Below, in pieces: positions 40,893 through 49,857 of a stretch of 64,000 nucleotides of DNA. Below the pieces are notes generated by a model. The model saw only the letters and a list, made by a program, of their open reading frames with translations. It had not been told where the DNA came from and searched no databases. The translations under genes were made by a program, and so were the position numbers. The stretch is from positions 1,121 through 65,120 of the forward strand of contig CAZAOK010000006.1 in NCBI GenBank assembly GCA_964486725.1. Direction: 5' to 3'. Position 1 is the stretch's first letter. Each line of letters starts with the position of its first letter. The stretch is from an uncultured Leptospiraceae bacterium (GTDB lineage: Bacteria > Spirochaetota > UBA4802 > UB4802).

Positions 40893-41009
40893 ACGACACA
40901 AAAAAACAGTTGTGCTCTCACCTTAAACAGTAAAAATAGCCTCTATATTTGTAATTACTCAGCTGTCATGCTGAATATTCAAAATTATTCTAAAATGAAT
41001 AATGATCCA

Positions 41010-41042
41010 GCATCTCCCCCCGCCTTCGGCGGGGGGAGATGC
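41010..41042 (+). terminator. GC-rich hairpin (14-bp stem, C6/G6) followed by a weakly T-rich tail
   Basis: gcatctccccccgc-cttcg-gcggggggagatgc. Confidence 0.45.
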
Positions 41043-41132
41043 TCTAATTCCTTTTCATTATGAGCAAATGATCAATATTTTAGTCATAGCTGAGTAGTCA
41101 CCTATATTTTATCAATGCGAGGCGTATACTTA

Positions 41133-43550
41133 ATGGATTTTAAGGAAAAACTGGCACTTAAAAGGCCCGTCATTGTTGACGGTGCAATGGGAACCATGCT
41201 CTTCAAGAAGCTTCCCGGTTACACGGGCAACCTTGAGCTGTTGAACGTGGATCGCCCCGACGTGCTCCTGGAGATACACCGGGAATACGCTGGTGCCGGT
41301 GCGGACATCATAGAAACCAATACCTTTGGAGGCAGTTTCCTGAAACTGGCCGAATCCGGCCTGGGTGACCGCTGCGAAGAGATTAACAAACAGGCCGCCG
41401 GTATCGCCCGGCAGGCAGCCGACGAGACGGAAGCGCTGGTGGGAGGCTCCGTTGGTCCCTCCGGCGTGCTGGTTGAGCCCATGGGAGAAGTATCACCTGA
41501 AGAGGTATACAACTCATTTGCCCGGCAGGTGAAAGCCCTTGAAAACGGGGGAGCCCACGTAATCGTTATCGAAACCATGACCGATCTGCAGGAAGCACGA
41601 CTGGCCCTGCTGGCGGCAAAGGACAACACCTCCCTCCCCGTCATAACCAGCATGACCTTCGAGAATGCCGGCACCACAATCACCGGCACCGACATGCTTA
41701 CCGGACTGGCTACCCTCGCCCAGACGGGTGCCGACGTGGTGGGTGCCAACTGCAGCATGGGCCCCGAAGGACTCGCGGAAATATATGCCCGCTTCGCCGA
41801 TGACCTGAAAACACTGAACATACCCCTCTCGGTATGGGCCAATGCCGGCATGCCGCAGATGGTTGAAGGCACACCGGTATATAAATTGTCACCGGAACAG
41901 TTCGCCAACCTGTGCCTCCCCTTTGCCGAGCTCGGGGTGAGCATTATCGGTGGTTGTTGCGGCACGACTCCATCCCATATCGCCGCCCTGGCGGCAAAAC
42001 TGAAAGATTTTCCGGTAACACGCGCAACCGGCGGGGTGCATCATCGCTTCATAACAAGCAGGTATACCGCTATTGACATAGAAACGCACCCACGTCCTGT
42101 CATTATCGGTGAACGGCTGAATCCAACCGCCCGCAAGAAATTCGCCGCCGAACTGAAAGAAGAACAGTTCTCATTTTTACGTGAAGAATCCAGAAAGCAG
42201 GTAGAAGAAGGGGCACACATACTGGATATCAACGTGGGAGTTCCCGAAATAGACGAGATCCGGGCCATGCAGAAATCAGTTGCCATACTGTCACACGGCG
42301 TCCGTGTCCCCCTCATGATTGATTCTGACAACGCGCGGGTTACCGGTGATGCCCTCATGTACTATCCCGGCATCCCCGTGGTGAACTCCATAAACGGGAA
42401 GGACGCCAATTTCAACGCCATGCTTCCCGTGCTGAAACGATTTGGCTCATTCGTGGTGGCACTGTGTCTTGACGAAACCGGCATACACGTAGACGGGCAG
42501 AAACGTATCGATATAGGACAGCGCCTGGTTGATCGCCTGGCCGAAAACGGAATTGCCCCTTCACGGGTGCTTGTAGACCCTCTCATGCTCACCGAGAGCG
42601 CCGAACCGGGAAGTGCCGCCGAGACGCTCAGGGTAATACGCCATTTTCACGCACGTGGTATCAAGACAAGCCTGGGAATAAGCAATCTCTCATTCGGCCT
42701 TCCTGTCCGCAAGCACATCAACAACGCCTACCTCAAACGGGCAGTAGAGGCAGGACTTGATGCCGCCATATTCAATCCCGCGGCTCTCACCAGCCTGACC
42801 GGGTATACCGACGGGGAAGAAATGGCCCTGGCCTACCTCGAAGGTAATGATCCGGGTGCAACACGCTATATTGCCACCTTTAGCGGCAAACCCGCAGAAA
42901 CAGCCGTTAAAAAGGAAGATAAGGACGAAAAATCCATACTTACACGCATTTACACCATGGTAGTTGAGGGCAACAACGACGAGATAGCACCTGCCGTGCA
43001 GCAAGCCCTCAAGGAATACCAACCCGAAAACGTGATGAACGACGCCCTCATACAGGCACTTGAGCACGTTGGCGACCTGTACAGCCGTGGTGAGTACTTT
43101 CTGCCGCAGATGATCGCCTCAGCCAACAGCATGAAAAGCGGCTTTGCCGTGCTGCAGCCCCTGCTGAAAAAGGATTCGGTAAAAAAGACCGGCAAGGTGG
43201 TTATCTGCACTGTAAAAGGGGATATTCACGACATCGGCAAAAATATAGTGGCAATGATGCTTGAAAACCACGGTTTCAACGTAATCGACCTGGGGAAGGA
43301 CGTGGATGCTACCATAATAATCGATGCGGTTAAAGAACATGCACCGGACATACTATGCCTGAGTTCCCTTCTCACCACCACCATGTACGAAATGAAGACC
43401 ATAAGCCAGATACTGAAGGACGAAAAACTTGAAGTTTCACTGCTTGTGGGAGGTGCCGTAGTTACCCGTGAATTTGCAGAGAGTATCGGCGCAAGCTATG
43501 CCGAAGACGCGGTGGAAGGAGCCAGAATTGCTAAAAAGCTATCACTATAG
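41133..43550 (+). CDS. metH: methionine synthase, short form (Hcy-binding + pterin-binding + B12-binding, no reactivation domain)
   Basis: PVIVDGAMGTML Hcy domain; pterin-binding domain (IIGERLNPTARKKFAAELKE); DIHDIGKNIVAMMLENHGFNVIDLG B12 motif. Confidence 0.85.
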   Translation: MDFKEKLALKRPVIVDGAMGTMLFKKLPGYTGNLELLNVDRPDVLLEIHREYAGAGADIIETNTFGGSFLKLAESGLGDRCEEINKQAAGIARQAADETEALVGGSVGPSGVLVEPMGEVSPEEVYNSFARQVKALENGGAHVIVIETMTDLQEARLALLAAKDNTSLPVITSMTFENAGTTITGTDMLTGLATLAQTGADVVGANCSMGPEGLAEIYARFADDLKTLNIPLSVWANAGMPQMVEGTPVYKLSPEQFANLCLPFAELGVSIIGGCCGTTPSHIAALAAKLKDFPVTRATGGVHHRFITSRYTAIDIETHPRPVIIGERLNPTARKKFAAELKEEQFSFLREESRKQVEEGAHILDINVGVPEIDEIRAMQKSVAILSHGVRVPLMIDSDNARVTGDALMYYPGIPVVNSINGKDANFNAMLPVLKRFGSFVVALCLDETGIHVDGQKRIDIGQRLVDRLAENGIAPSRVLVDPLMLTESAEPGSAAETLRVIRHFHARGIKTSLGISNLSFGLPVRKHINNAYLKRAVEAGLDAAIFNPAALTSLTGYTDGEEMALAYLEGNDPGATRYIATFSGKPAETAVKKEDKDEKSILTRIYTMVVEGNNDEIAPAVQQALKEYQPENVMNDALIQALEHVGDLYSRGEYFLPQMIASANSMKSGFAVLQPLLKKDSVKKTGKVVICTVKGDIHDIGKNIVAMMLENHGFNVIDLGKDVDATIIIDAVKEHAPDILCLSSLLTTTMYEMKTISQILKDEKLEVSLLVGGAVVTREFAESIGASYAEDAVEGARIAKKLSL

Positions 43551-43703
43551 AACAGATTTGTCAATTTTTTTTTCATATTTTTGTTGACAGCACGATTTCT
43601 CATTGGATTATCGAACGAAGCACATTTTAAGTATATTATCAGAAATTTGTTTAAAATGTGTAAGGATTACTAAAATATCATCATAAATCAAAGGAGTGTA
43701 TTT

Positions 43704-43937
43704 GTGAAAGGGATCCGATCATCTTCAATGATAGTACTCCCTTTTATCATATTCACCTGGTTTTCGTTCTCAGCATTTCTAAAATCTTGTGATAACGTTA
43801 TGTCGTTATCTGTCAAAACAGTTCTTCCATTCAAACAAAAATCTCACATTACTACACAAGGTGAATTCACCTGTGAGACAATTCATAATTATTATGAATA
43901 CGGAAGATACCAGGTATATGTACGGCAGGTATCATGA
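43704..43937 (+). CDS. hypothetical small secreted/lipoprotein-like protein
   Basis: GTG start with AAAGGAG RBS; hydrophobic signal then LKSC; CETIH; ORF is short and stops early. Confidence 0.3.
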   Translation: MKGIRSSSMIVLPFIIFTWFSFSAFLKSCDNVMSLSVKTVLPFKQKSHITTQGEFTCETIHNYYEYGRYQVYVRQVS

Positions 43938-44042
43938 CGATATCACTACGAAGGTGCAGGCCTTCTTTAAAAGGGTTTCAGGGACACCGACAAGCCATGG
44001 GAGTCCTACGCCCAGCAGCCTGTCCTGGTGTACTTCAGCCGC

Positions 44043-44174
44043 ATGGCAGTAACGAAGAACACCATGAATGTTTCTTGCGGGAAGTGTAACGGATGTAAAG
44101 CACCCATGGTTGTTTGTGCGGACGTTCGAAACACATTGCACGTAAGCAACAGATGCGCGGTATGCCATGATTAA
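44043..44174 (+). CDS. hypothetical Cys-rich peptide ending CAVCHD (possible cytochrome c relic)
   Basis: Frame-0 translation SCGKCNGCKAPMVVCADVRNTLHVSNRCAVCHD*; no good RBS. Confidence 0.2.
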   Translation: MAVTKNTMNVSCGKCNGCKAPMVVCADVRNTLHVSNRCAVCHD

Positions 44175-44198
44175 AAAGTACAAGGAGTTATTGAATTC

Positions 44199-46211
44199 AT
44201 GAAAAAACTTGAAAGAAAAGATTTCTTAAAAATGGTAGGAGGCGCGGTTGTTGGTACCGGTACCGGATATGTTTTTTCTGGTGCCCCATTCCAGTCGCTC
44301 CAGTGGCTTGTTGAATGGACACAGGATCAATACACGCCTCAAGAGGGTGAAGAAAAGTATATACAGAGTATATGCAATGCATGTCCCGACAAATGCACTA
44401 TTTCTGTACGAAAAATCGGCGAAAGGGCAGTCAAGGTTGAAACGTCAAACCAGGGTTGTCCCATGGGGCAGTCACTTGTACATGTTCTATATCACCCTGA
44501 AAGGATCAAGACGCCTCTCAAACAGGTTGGCAAAAAAGGTTCCGGTAAATTCGAACCTGTCAGCTGGGATGATGCGGTAAACACAATCGCCAAAAAAATT
44601 GACTCCCTTCGTAAAGACGGCAAAGCAGCCGGTATCGTGGGAATTAACGAATCGCATGCAGGCATTTCCGGTATGCTGCTGGACAGGCTCATCACCGCGG
44701 CCGGAAGCCCGAATATGTACGAAGATCCCTGCTTCTGCAGCCTTTCAAAAGCAGCGGTTGAACTCACCCAGAATACAGAAGGATCTATTTATTACGATTT
44801 TGACAAGGCGGATTTCATACTGAGCTTTGGCGCCCGTCTTCTTGAAGGATGGGGAAATGCCGGTGCGATGCATCGTTTATTCGCGGGCTGGAAAGACAGG
44901 GGTGTCCGTTTCGTTCACATCGACACTATTTGCACACGTACAGCCTCAGCAGCAGACCAGTGGGTAGCCATTAAACCCGGAACCGAGGCAGCACTTGCCC
45001 TGGGTATTGCCAACATACTCATTACAAAGTTTGGCAAACGATCAGCCGGGGCCCAGTTCGGCCGCTTCCACGAGCTGATAATAAATGAGTATACACCCGC
45101 AAAGGTTTCTGAACTCACCGGTATAAAGCCCGAAGCACTTGAACAGCTGGCAAAAGAATTTGCTTCCGCCAGGAGACCGGTAGCGGTTACCGGAAAAGGC
45201 GGACAGGGCGTATCATCCTCCACTATGGAGATGGCAGCTGTACAGGCCCTCAACAGCCTGGCCGGATCACTCGGTTCGGTGGTCAAGGTGAAGACAGAAA
45301 AAGGTTTGGGTTCAATGCAGCTTGATAGTTACGCTAAAAAAGGACTCAATTCCGCGTCGAAAGCCAAAGGCCTTGATGAGTTTATAGCCGGTGACGCGAA
45401 AGCCGACCTGATAATAATTAACGGAGCAAACCCCGTATTCTTAAGCACCTACGGCAAAAAGCTCATAGAAAAAATGAAGGAAGCTTCGACGGTAGTTGTT
45501 ATTGCTCCACTTCTCAATGATACTGCCATGTACGCGGACTATGTGCTTCCGTCACTTTCATCCCTTGAAATGAAGACTGAAGCCGGCGGACCGGTTGTAT
45601 CACCAAGATTTAAAGCCATTCATGCGGGGGATTCACTTATACGCATCGCAAGAAAAATTGATGGTGTGAAACAATCTTTTCCATGGAAAAATTATACCGC
45701 ACTTATTTCCGATACATCATCGCAGGTTATCAAATCAGTTTCATCATTCTCTTTCCCGGCAAAAATGATGTCTAAAGAGCTTGAAGAAACGCAAAAAACC
45801 AATGCCGCGACAAGTGATTATCCCCTCGCGATGCTGCCATATGAGATAACAATGGTGGGCGACGGCAGGGGACTGGCCCTTCCCTATGTACTGAAAGGCC
45901 TTAACAATACAGTTTTGACCGAAGAAACCCTCTGGGTACTCATGAATCCTTCCACAGCCGATGAGTACGGCGTTTCAGAAGGCGAGAAAGTCGATCTTGA
46001 ATCCAGCCGGGGTGAGCTTGATAACGTGCGTGTACATCTCACCAAGACTATCGCGCCAGGCGTCATTGCAATACCGCTGGGATTCGGGCATACTGCCTAT
46101 ACAAAGTATGCTACGGACAAGGGTGTTAACCCCAAGGAAATAATGAATAATAAGATCGATCCCGTTTCAGGTACTGCCGACTGGTGGCTGACAAGGGTTA
46201 AAATTAGTTAA
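44199..46211 (+). CDS. molybdopterin-oxidoreductase-family subunit of a Psr/Qrc-type membrane complex, Tat-like signal
   Basis: RKDFLK Tat-like motif; CNACPDKC...C N-terminal FeS motif; 670 aa. Confidence 0.75.
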   Translation: MKKLERKDFLKMVGGAVVGTGTGYVFSGAPFQSLQWLVEWTQDQYTPQEGEEKYIQSICNACPDKCTISVRKIGERAVKVETSNQGCPMGQSLVHVLYHPERIKTPLKQVGKKGSGKFEPVSWDDAVNTIAKKIDSLRKDGKAAGIVGINESHAGISGMLLDRLITAAGSPNMYEDPCFCSLSKAAVELTQNTEGSIYYDFDKADFILSFGARLLEGWGNAGAMHRLFAGWKDRGVRFVHIDTICTRTASAADQWVAIKPGTEAALALGIANILITKFGKRSAGAQFGRFHELIINEYTPAKVSELTGIKPEALEQLAKEFASARRPVAVTGKGGQGVSSSTMEMAAVQALNSLAGSLGSVVKVKTEKGLGSMQLDSYAKKGLNSASKAKGLDEFIAGDAKADLIIINGANPVFLSTYGKKLIEKMKEASTVVVIAPLLNDTAMYADYVLPSLSSLEMKTEAGGPVVSPRFKAIHAGDSLIRIARKIDGVKQSFPWKNYTALISDTSSQVIKSVSSFSFPAKMMSKELEETQKTNAATSDYPLAMLPYEITMVGDGRGLALPYVLKGLNNTVLTEETLWVLMNPSTADEYGVSEGEKVDLESSRGELDNVRVHLTKTIAPGVIAIPLGFGHTAYTKYATDKGVNPKEIMNNKIDPVSGTADWWLTRVKIS

Positions 46212-46224
46212 GAGGTGATTTATA

Positions 46225-47052
46225 ATGGCTGAAATGAAAAGAAGATGGGGAATGGCGATAGATCTTGACAAGTGTACCGGGTGTGGAACATGTCAAATCG
46301 CGTGTTCACAGTCAAACAATATGCCAATTTTCCAGGATGATTCAGATATAGCAAAACGTGTTACCTTTCTTGACGTGATGCAGGTAACTAATGACAACGA
46401 TGAAAACGCGCAATATCCTGATGTAAAGGTGGCATATCTGCCAAAGATGTGCCAGCAGTGCGAAGGGAATGACCCGAAGAATCCCAATCCACCATGTGTT
46501 TCTGTTTGTCCGGTGGTGGCCACCGATGTAGGTGATGATGGTGTGGTCAGCCAGATATGGTCTCGTTGTATCGGCTGCCGTTACTGCCAGGCATCATGCC
46601 CATACGAAGCAAGGCTATTCAACTGGTGGAAACCCAGGTACGAAGGAACCTTTAAAGAGTCAATGAATCCTGATCGTTCGGTAGCATCAAGGGGAACCGT
46701 GGTCAAATGTACTTTCTGCGACCACATATGGAAGAAGGAACGTGACAAGGCTATCGCGAATGGCGTTACCGACATCAACGCGGTAACCTATACCCCCGCG
46801 TGTGTATCCGCCTGTCCAACAGGTGCAATGGTTTTTGGTGATCTAAACGATCCCGACTCAGAAGTCTCCCGTTTATCCAGGAGTGACCGGGCTATCAGGC
46901 TCTTGCATCCGATTGACAAGCTTCGCGAAACTGATCCGGAACTATACAAGAAGAGAATCGCAATGAAAAATTATCCTAATCCAAAGGTCTACTACCTGAC
47001 AAGCCAGAAATGGTTGAAGGAAATGATCGGCGGGTATAAACACTCTTCATAA
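46225..47052 (+). CDS. 4Fe-4S ferredoxin-type subunit (PsrB/QrcC/NrfC-like)
   Basis: CTGCGTCQIAC and three further Cys4 clusters. Confidence 0.8.
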   Translation: MAEMKRRWGMAIDLDKCTGCGTCQIACSQSNNMPIFQDDSDIAKRVTFLDVMQVTNDNDENAQYPDVKVAYLPKMCQQCEGNDPKNPNPPCVSVCPVVATDVGDDGVVSQIWSRCIGCRYCQASCPYEARLFNWWKPRYEGTFKESMNPDRSVASRGTVVKCTFCDHIWKKERDKAIANGVTDINAVTYTPACVSACPTGAMVFGDLNDPDSEVSRLSRSDRAIRLLHPIDKLRETDPELYKKRIAMKNYPNPKVYYLTSQKWLKEMIGGYKHSS

Positions 47053-47070
47053 TAATAAAAGGAGATCATC

Positions 47071-48321
47071 GTGAGCAAAGCAATAGATTTTTTAAAAAAC
47101 GAATGGAACAGTTATTCCAGGAACATACAGATCACCATCTACGTGCTCCTGGGCTTCACAGCCCTGTTCGCTATTTTTGGTATCCAGATACTATTCTGGG
47201 GTCTCGGTTATACCAACATGAACAACATATTCAACATGGGTCTGTGGATTCTCGGCGACCTTGGGTACGTGGCACTGGGCGGTGGCGCTTTTTTTACGGG
47301 GTTCATGTTGTACATATTCCGTGTTGACAAACTGCAGCCGCTCATAAACTCCACCGTACTTATCGGGTTTATGTGCTATCTTTTTACCTTTGTGCTTCTG
47401 GTGTTTGAGATCGGTCAGCCACTTCGTGCCTGGTTCGGATATACCTATCCTAACTGGGGAAGCGGTCTTCTGCCGACATCAATGTTGACAGAAGTAATCT
47501 GGTGCCTCACCTTTTACTTTATGGTACTCATAATTGAGCTTTTTCCTATAATACTATCTCATAAGGTATTAGACCGTATCCCGGCACTGCATTATATCGC
47601 GCACTACCTGCACAAGCTTATGTGGATAATGGCAGCAGTGGGTACTTTCCTCTCATTTTTCCACCAGGGATCACTTGGAGGAGGCATGTGGGACATTATG
47701 TACGCAAAGGCAGCATGGTTCAGGCCTAATCACCTGTACTTTTTCGTAGCAATCGTTGCGGCAACAGCTGGCGGGACATGCCTTATGATGCTGATACCCA
47801 AGATAGCCCAATGGGTACAGAAGAAAGAACTCATCCCCAAAGACTCTTTCATGAAACTTGCTCAGATATCCGGCGCCATGTTCATCTTCTATTTTCTGAT
47901 AAGAACGTTCGACATCTATACACAGTGGACTACCGCATTACCACTATTTGACAGGTCATTCACGGATATCATGAGTGGCAGCATGTATGGATGGTGGGTT
48001 CTTGTACTTGAATTTGCCTTTATAATAAGTGCCATCGCTATACTGAACATCAAAAAATTTCGTGAAAATGACAGGATATTTACCGCAGGTATTATCAGTG
48101 GTGTAATGGCTATCATAATGATGAAATTCAGGGTCATCATGCACGGGTATTCTGTTCCCAACTTCCCGTGGAAGCCATATATGACATACGTTCCTTCCAT
48201 ACAGGAATGGGCATTGATGCTTGGGTCACTTGCCATCATGGTGCTTATTTACATGTGGTTCGCAAAGTATATACCAATGTTCATCCAGGATAAAGAACAC
48301 CGTGACATACAGCATTTCTAG
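47071..48321 (+). CDS. NrfD/PsrC-family integral membrane quinone-interacting subunit
   Basis: 416 aa, about 10 TM helices, NrfD-like. Confidence 0.75.
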   Translation: MSKAIDFLKNEWNSYSRNIQITIYVLLGFTALFAIFGIQILFWGLGYTNMNNIFNMGLWILGDLGYVALGGGAFFTGFMLYIFRVDKLQPLINSTVLIGFMCYLFTFVLLVFEIGQPLRAWFGYTYPNWGSGLLPTSMLTEVIWCLTFYFMVLIIELFPIILSHKVLDRIPALHYIAHYLHKLMWIMAAVGTFLSFFHQGSLGGGMWDIMYAKAAWFRPNHLYFFVAIVAATAGGTCLMMLIPKIAQWVQKKELIPKDSFMKLAQISGAMFIFYFLIRTFDIYTQWTTALPLFDRSFTDIMSGSMYGWWVLVLEFAFIISAIAILNIKKFRENDRIFTAGIISGVMAIIMMKFRVIMHGYSVPNFPWKPYMTYVPSIQEWALMLGSLAIMVLIYMWFAKYIPMFIQDKEHRDIQHF

Positions 48322-48348
48322 TAGATAATCATGTAAACAGCTAAGAAC

Positions 48349-48384
48349 AAAAAACCGGGACTTCCTTTAAGTCCCGGTTTTTTG
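48349..48384. terminator. bidirectional intrinsic terminator
   Basis: aaaaaaCCGGGACttcctttaaGTCCCGGtttttt. Confidence 0.75.
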
Positions 48385-48437
48385 TTCCTGTCATTCCCGC
48401 GTTAATATGGAAATCCCAGGTAAAATCATCTTGTTGC

Positions 48438-49328
48438 TTATGTAATGTTATTGTGCTGCTTGAATGCTTTCAACGTATTCTTTAGCAACATGACTCTTGT
48501 CATTGGCCCCACTCCACCTGGTACAGGAGTAATGGCGGATGCTTTTCGGGCGACGTCGTCGTATCGTACGTCACCAATAAGCTTTTTCTTCCCTTCGGTT
48601 ACCGGATCATCAATCCTGTTTATACCCACATCAATAACCACAACTCCTTCTTTAACCATGTCCCCGGTTACAACCTCAGGCCTTCCCGCGGCAACCACCA
48701 GTATGTCTGCCTGCCTTGTAAAGAAGGAGATATCCCGGGCAGCCGTATGACAGATGGTAACCACGCAGTTTGCCCTTTCGTTCTTCTGTACCATCAGGTT
48801 TGCCATTGGCTTGCCAACAATGTTGCTTCTTCCAACAATTACAAGATGCTTCCCCCTGAGATCATGCACATAACGTGTAATCAATTCCTGGCAGCCATAC
48901 GGAGTACACGGGTAAAATGTGTTTTCTTCTCCGGCCACAAGTTTACCCACATTCACTGGATGAAATCCATCCACATCCTTCTCTGGATCGATGGCATTAA
49001 GAATCATAGACTCATTAATATGCAAAGGAAGAGGAAGCTGCACCAGTATACCATTAACATCATCCCTTTCATTCAGATCTTTTACCAGGTTCAACAGTTC
49101 TTCCTGTGTTGTTTTTTCAGGTAATGTGAATTGAAAGGAGTGTATTCCGACCTGCTCGCAATCACGACCTTTCATTCGAACATATACCTGTGATGCCGGG
49201 TCTTCACCCACAAGAACAACAGCTAACCCTGGTTGCTTGTCATGATTTTTTTTCAGCAGAACAACTTCCCGGGCGATCTGCTCTTTTATTTCTTCAGCTA
49301 CTTTTTTACCATCAATTATTTCCGCCAT
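48438..49328 (-). CDS. folD: methylene-THF dehydrogenase/cyclohydrolase
   Basis: AEIIDGKKVAEEIKE...PGLAVVLVGEDPASQVYVRMK. Confidence 0.9.
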   Translation of the reverse strand: MAEIIDGKKVAEEIKEQIAREVVLLKKNHDKQPGLAVVLVGEDPASQVYVRMKGRDCEQVGIHSFQFTLPEKTTQEELLNLVKDLNERDDVNGILVQLPLPLHINESMILNAIDPEKDVDGFHPVNVGKLVAGEENTFYPCTPYGCQELITRYVHDLRGKHLVIVGRSNIVGKPMANLMVQKNERANCVVTICHTAARDISFFTRQADILVVAAGRPEVVTGDMVKEGVVVIDVGINRIDDPVTEGKKKLIGDVRYDDVARKASAITPVPGGVGPMTRVMLLKNTLKAFKQHNNIT

Positions 49329-49415
49329 GAATCAATCCCCATCACTATATTACAATTTACAATAATTAAAAAGAGTGGAAAAATACCAGTAGTGTCAACG
49401 ATAAATGCCTTACCT

Positions 49416-49844
49416 TTATACGTCAAGGATCATAAACGAAATCCATTCGTCATTATTCTGAACCACACTCAATTCATGCATGGTTGCTGCCTTAACATCC
49501 ACATTGAAAGAACACTTCTTACCTATGCGATCTCCCTTCATTGTGGCCACAATTTGTACCATGTTATTATTTCTTTCAATCTCTATGTTCGCTGGCATAA
49601 ATATAAGGTTGTTAACGTCCTTCTGATAGATAAGTTCATTTATGAAATCATACAACAAGAGGTCATGTTCTTCTGCCTGCATCTGTATTATTTTTTTTTC
49701 ATTCCCCTGAATAACACCAGTGTCTTCCAGCATAATGGCAGCAAATGCTTCAGAATTATATTTGAAAAGATCTTCCGGTGTTTTTGCCCTGCATTTAACG
49801 GCAACATCAGCAAAGGTTCCCTCATCAAGCAATTCATATCCCAT
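49416..49844 (-). CDS. archease
   Basis: GYELLDEGTFADVAV... archease-like; adjacent to rtcB. Confidence 0.7.
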   Translation of the reverse strand: MGYELLDEGTFADVAVKCRAKTPEDLFKYNSEAFAAIMLEDTGVIQGNEKKIIQMQAEEHDLLLYDFINELIYQKDVNNLIFMPANIEIERNNNMVQIVATMKGDRIGKKCSFNVDVKAATMHELSVVQNNDEWISFMILDV

Positions 49845-49857
49845 ATTAAAAATAACC

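Noticed and set aside
40893-41132. SAM or cobalamin riboswitch upstream of metH
   Set aside because: The leader is only about 240 nt, half of it a simple hairpin. No conserved riboswitch core sequences were recognisable. This cannot be fully excluded without a covariance-model scan.
41219-42358. Several minus-strand ORFs (248, 105 and 66 aa) inside metH
   Set aside because: They are embedded antisense in a well-supported, GC-rich coding region. Their products are low-complexity (Ser/Pro/Ala/Arg-rich), typical of spurious antisense ORFs in high-GC genes.
44199-44290. RKDFLK as evidence that the CISM large subunit is not Tat-exported
   Set aside because: KR and RK variants can still be Tat substrates, and the rest of the motif (x-F-L-K plus hydrophobic h-region) is canonical. 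Export is treated as likely, and the variant is only noted.
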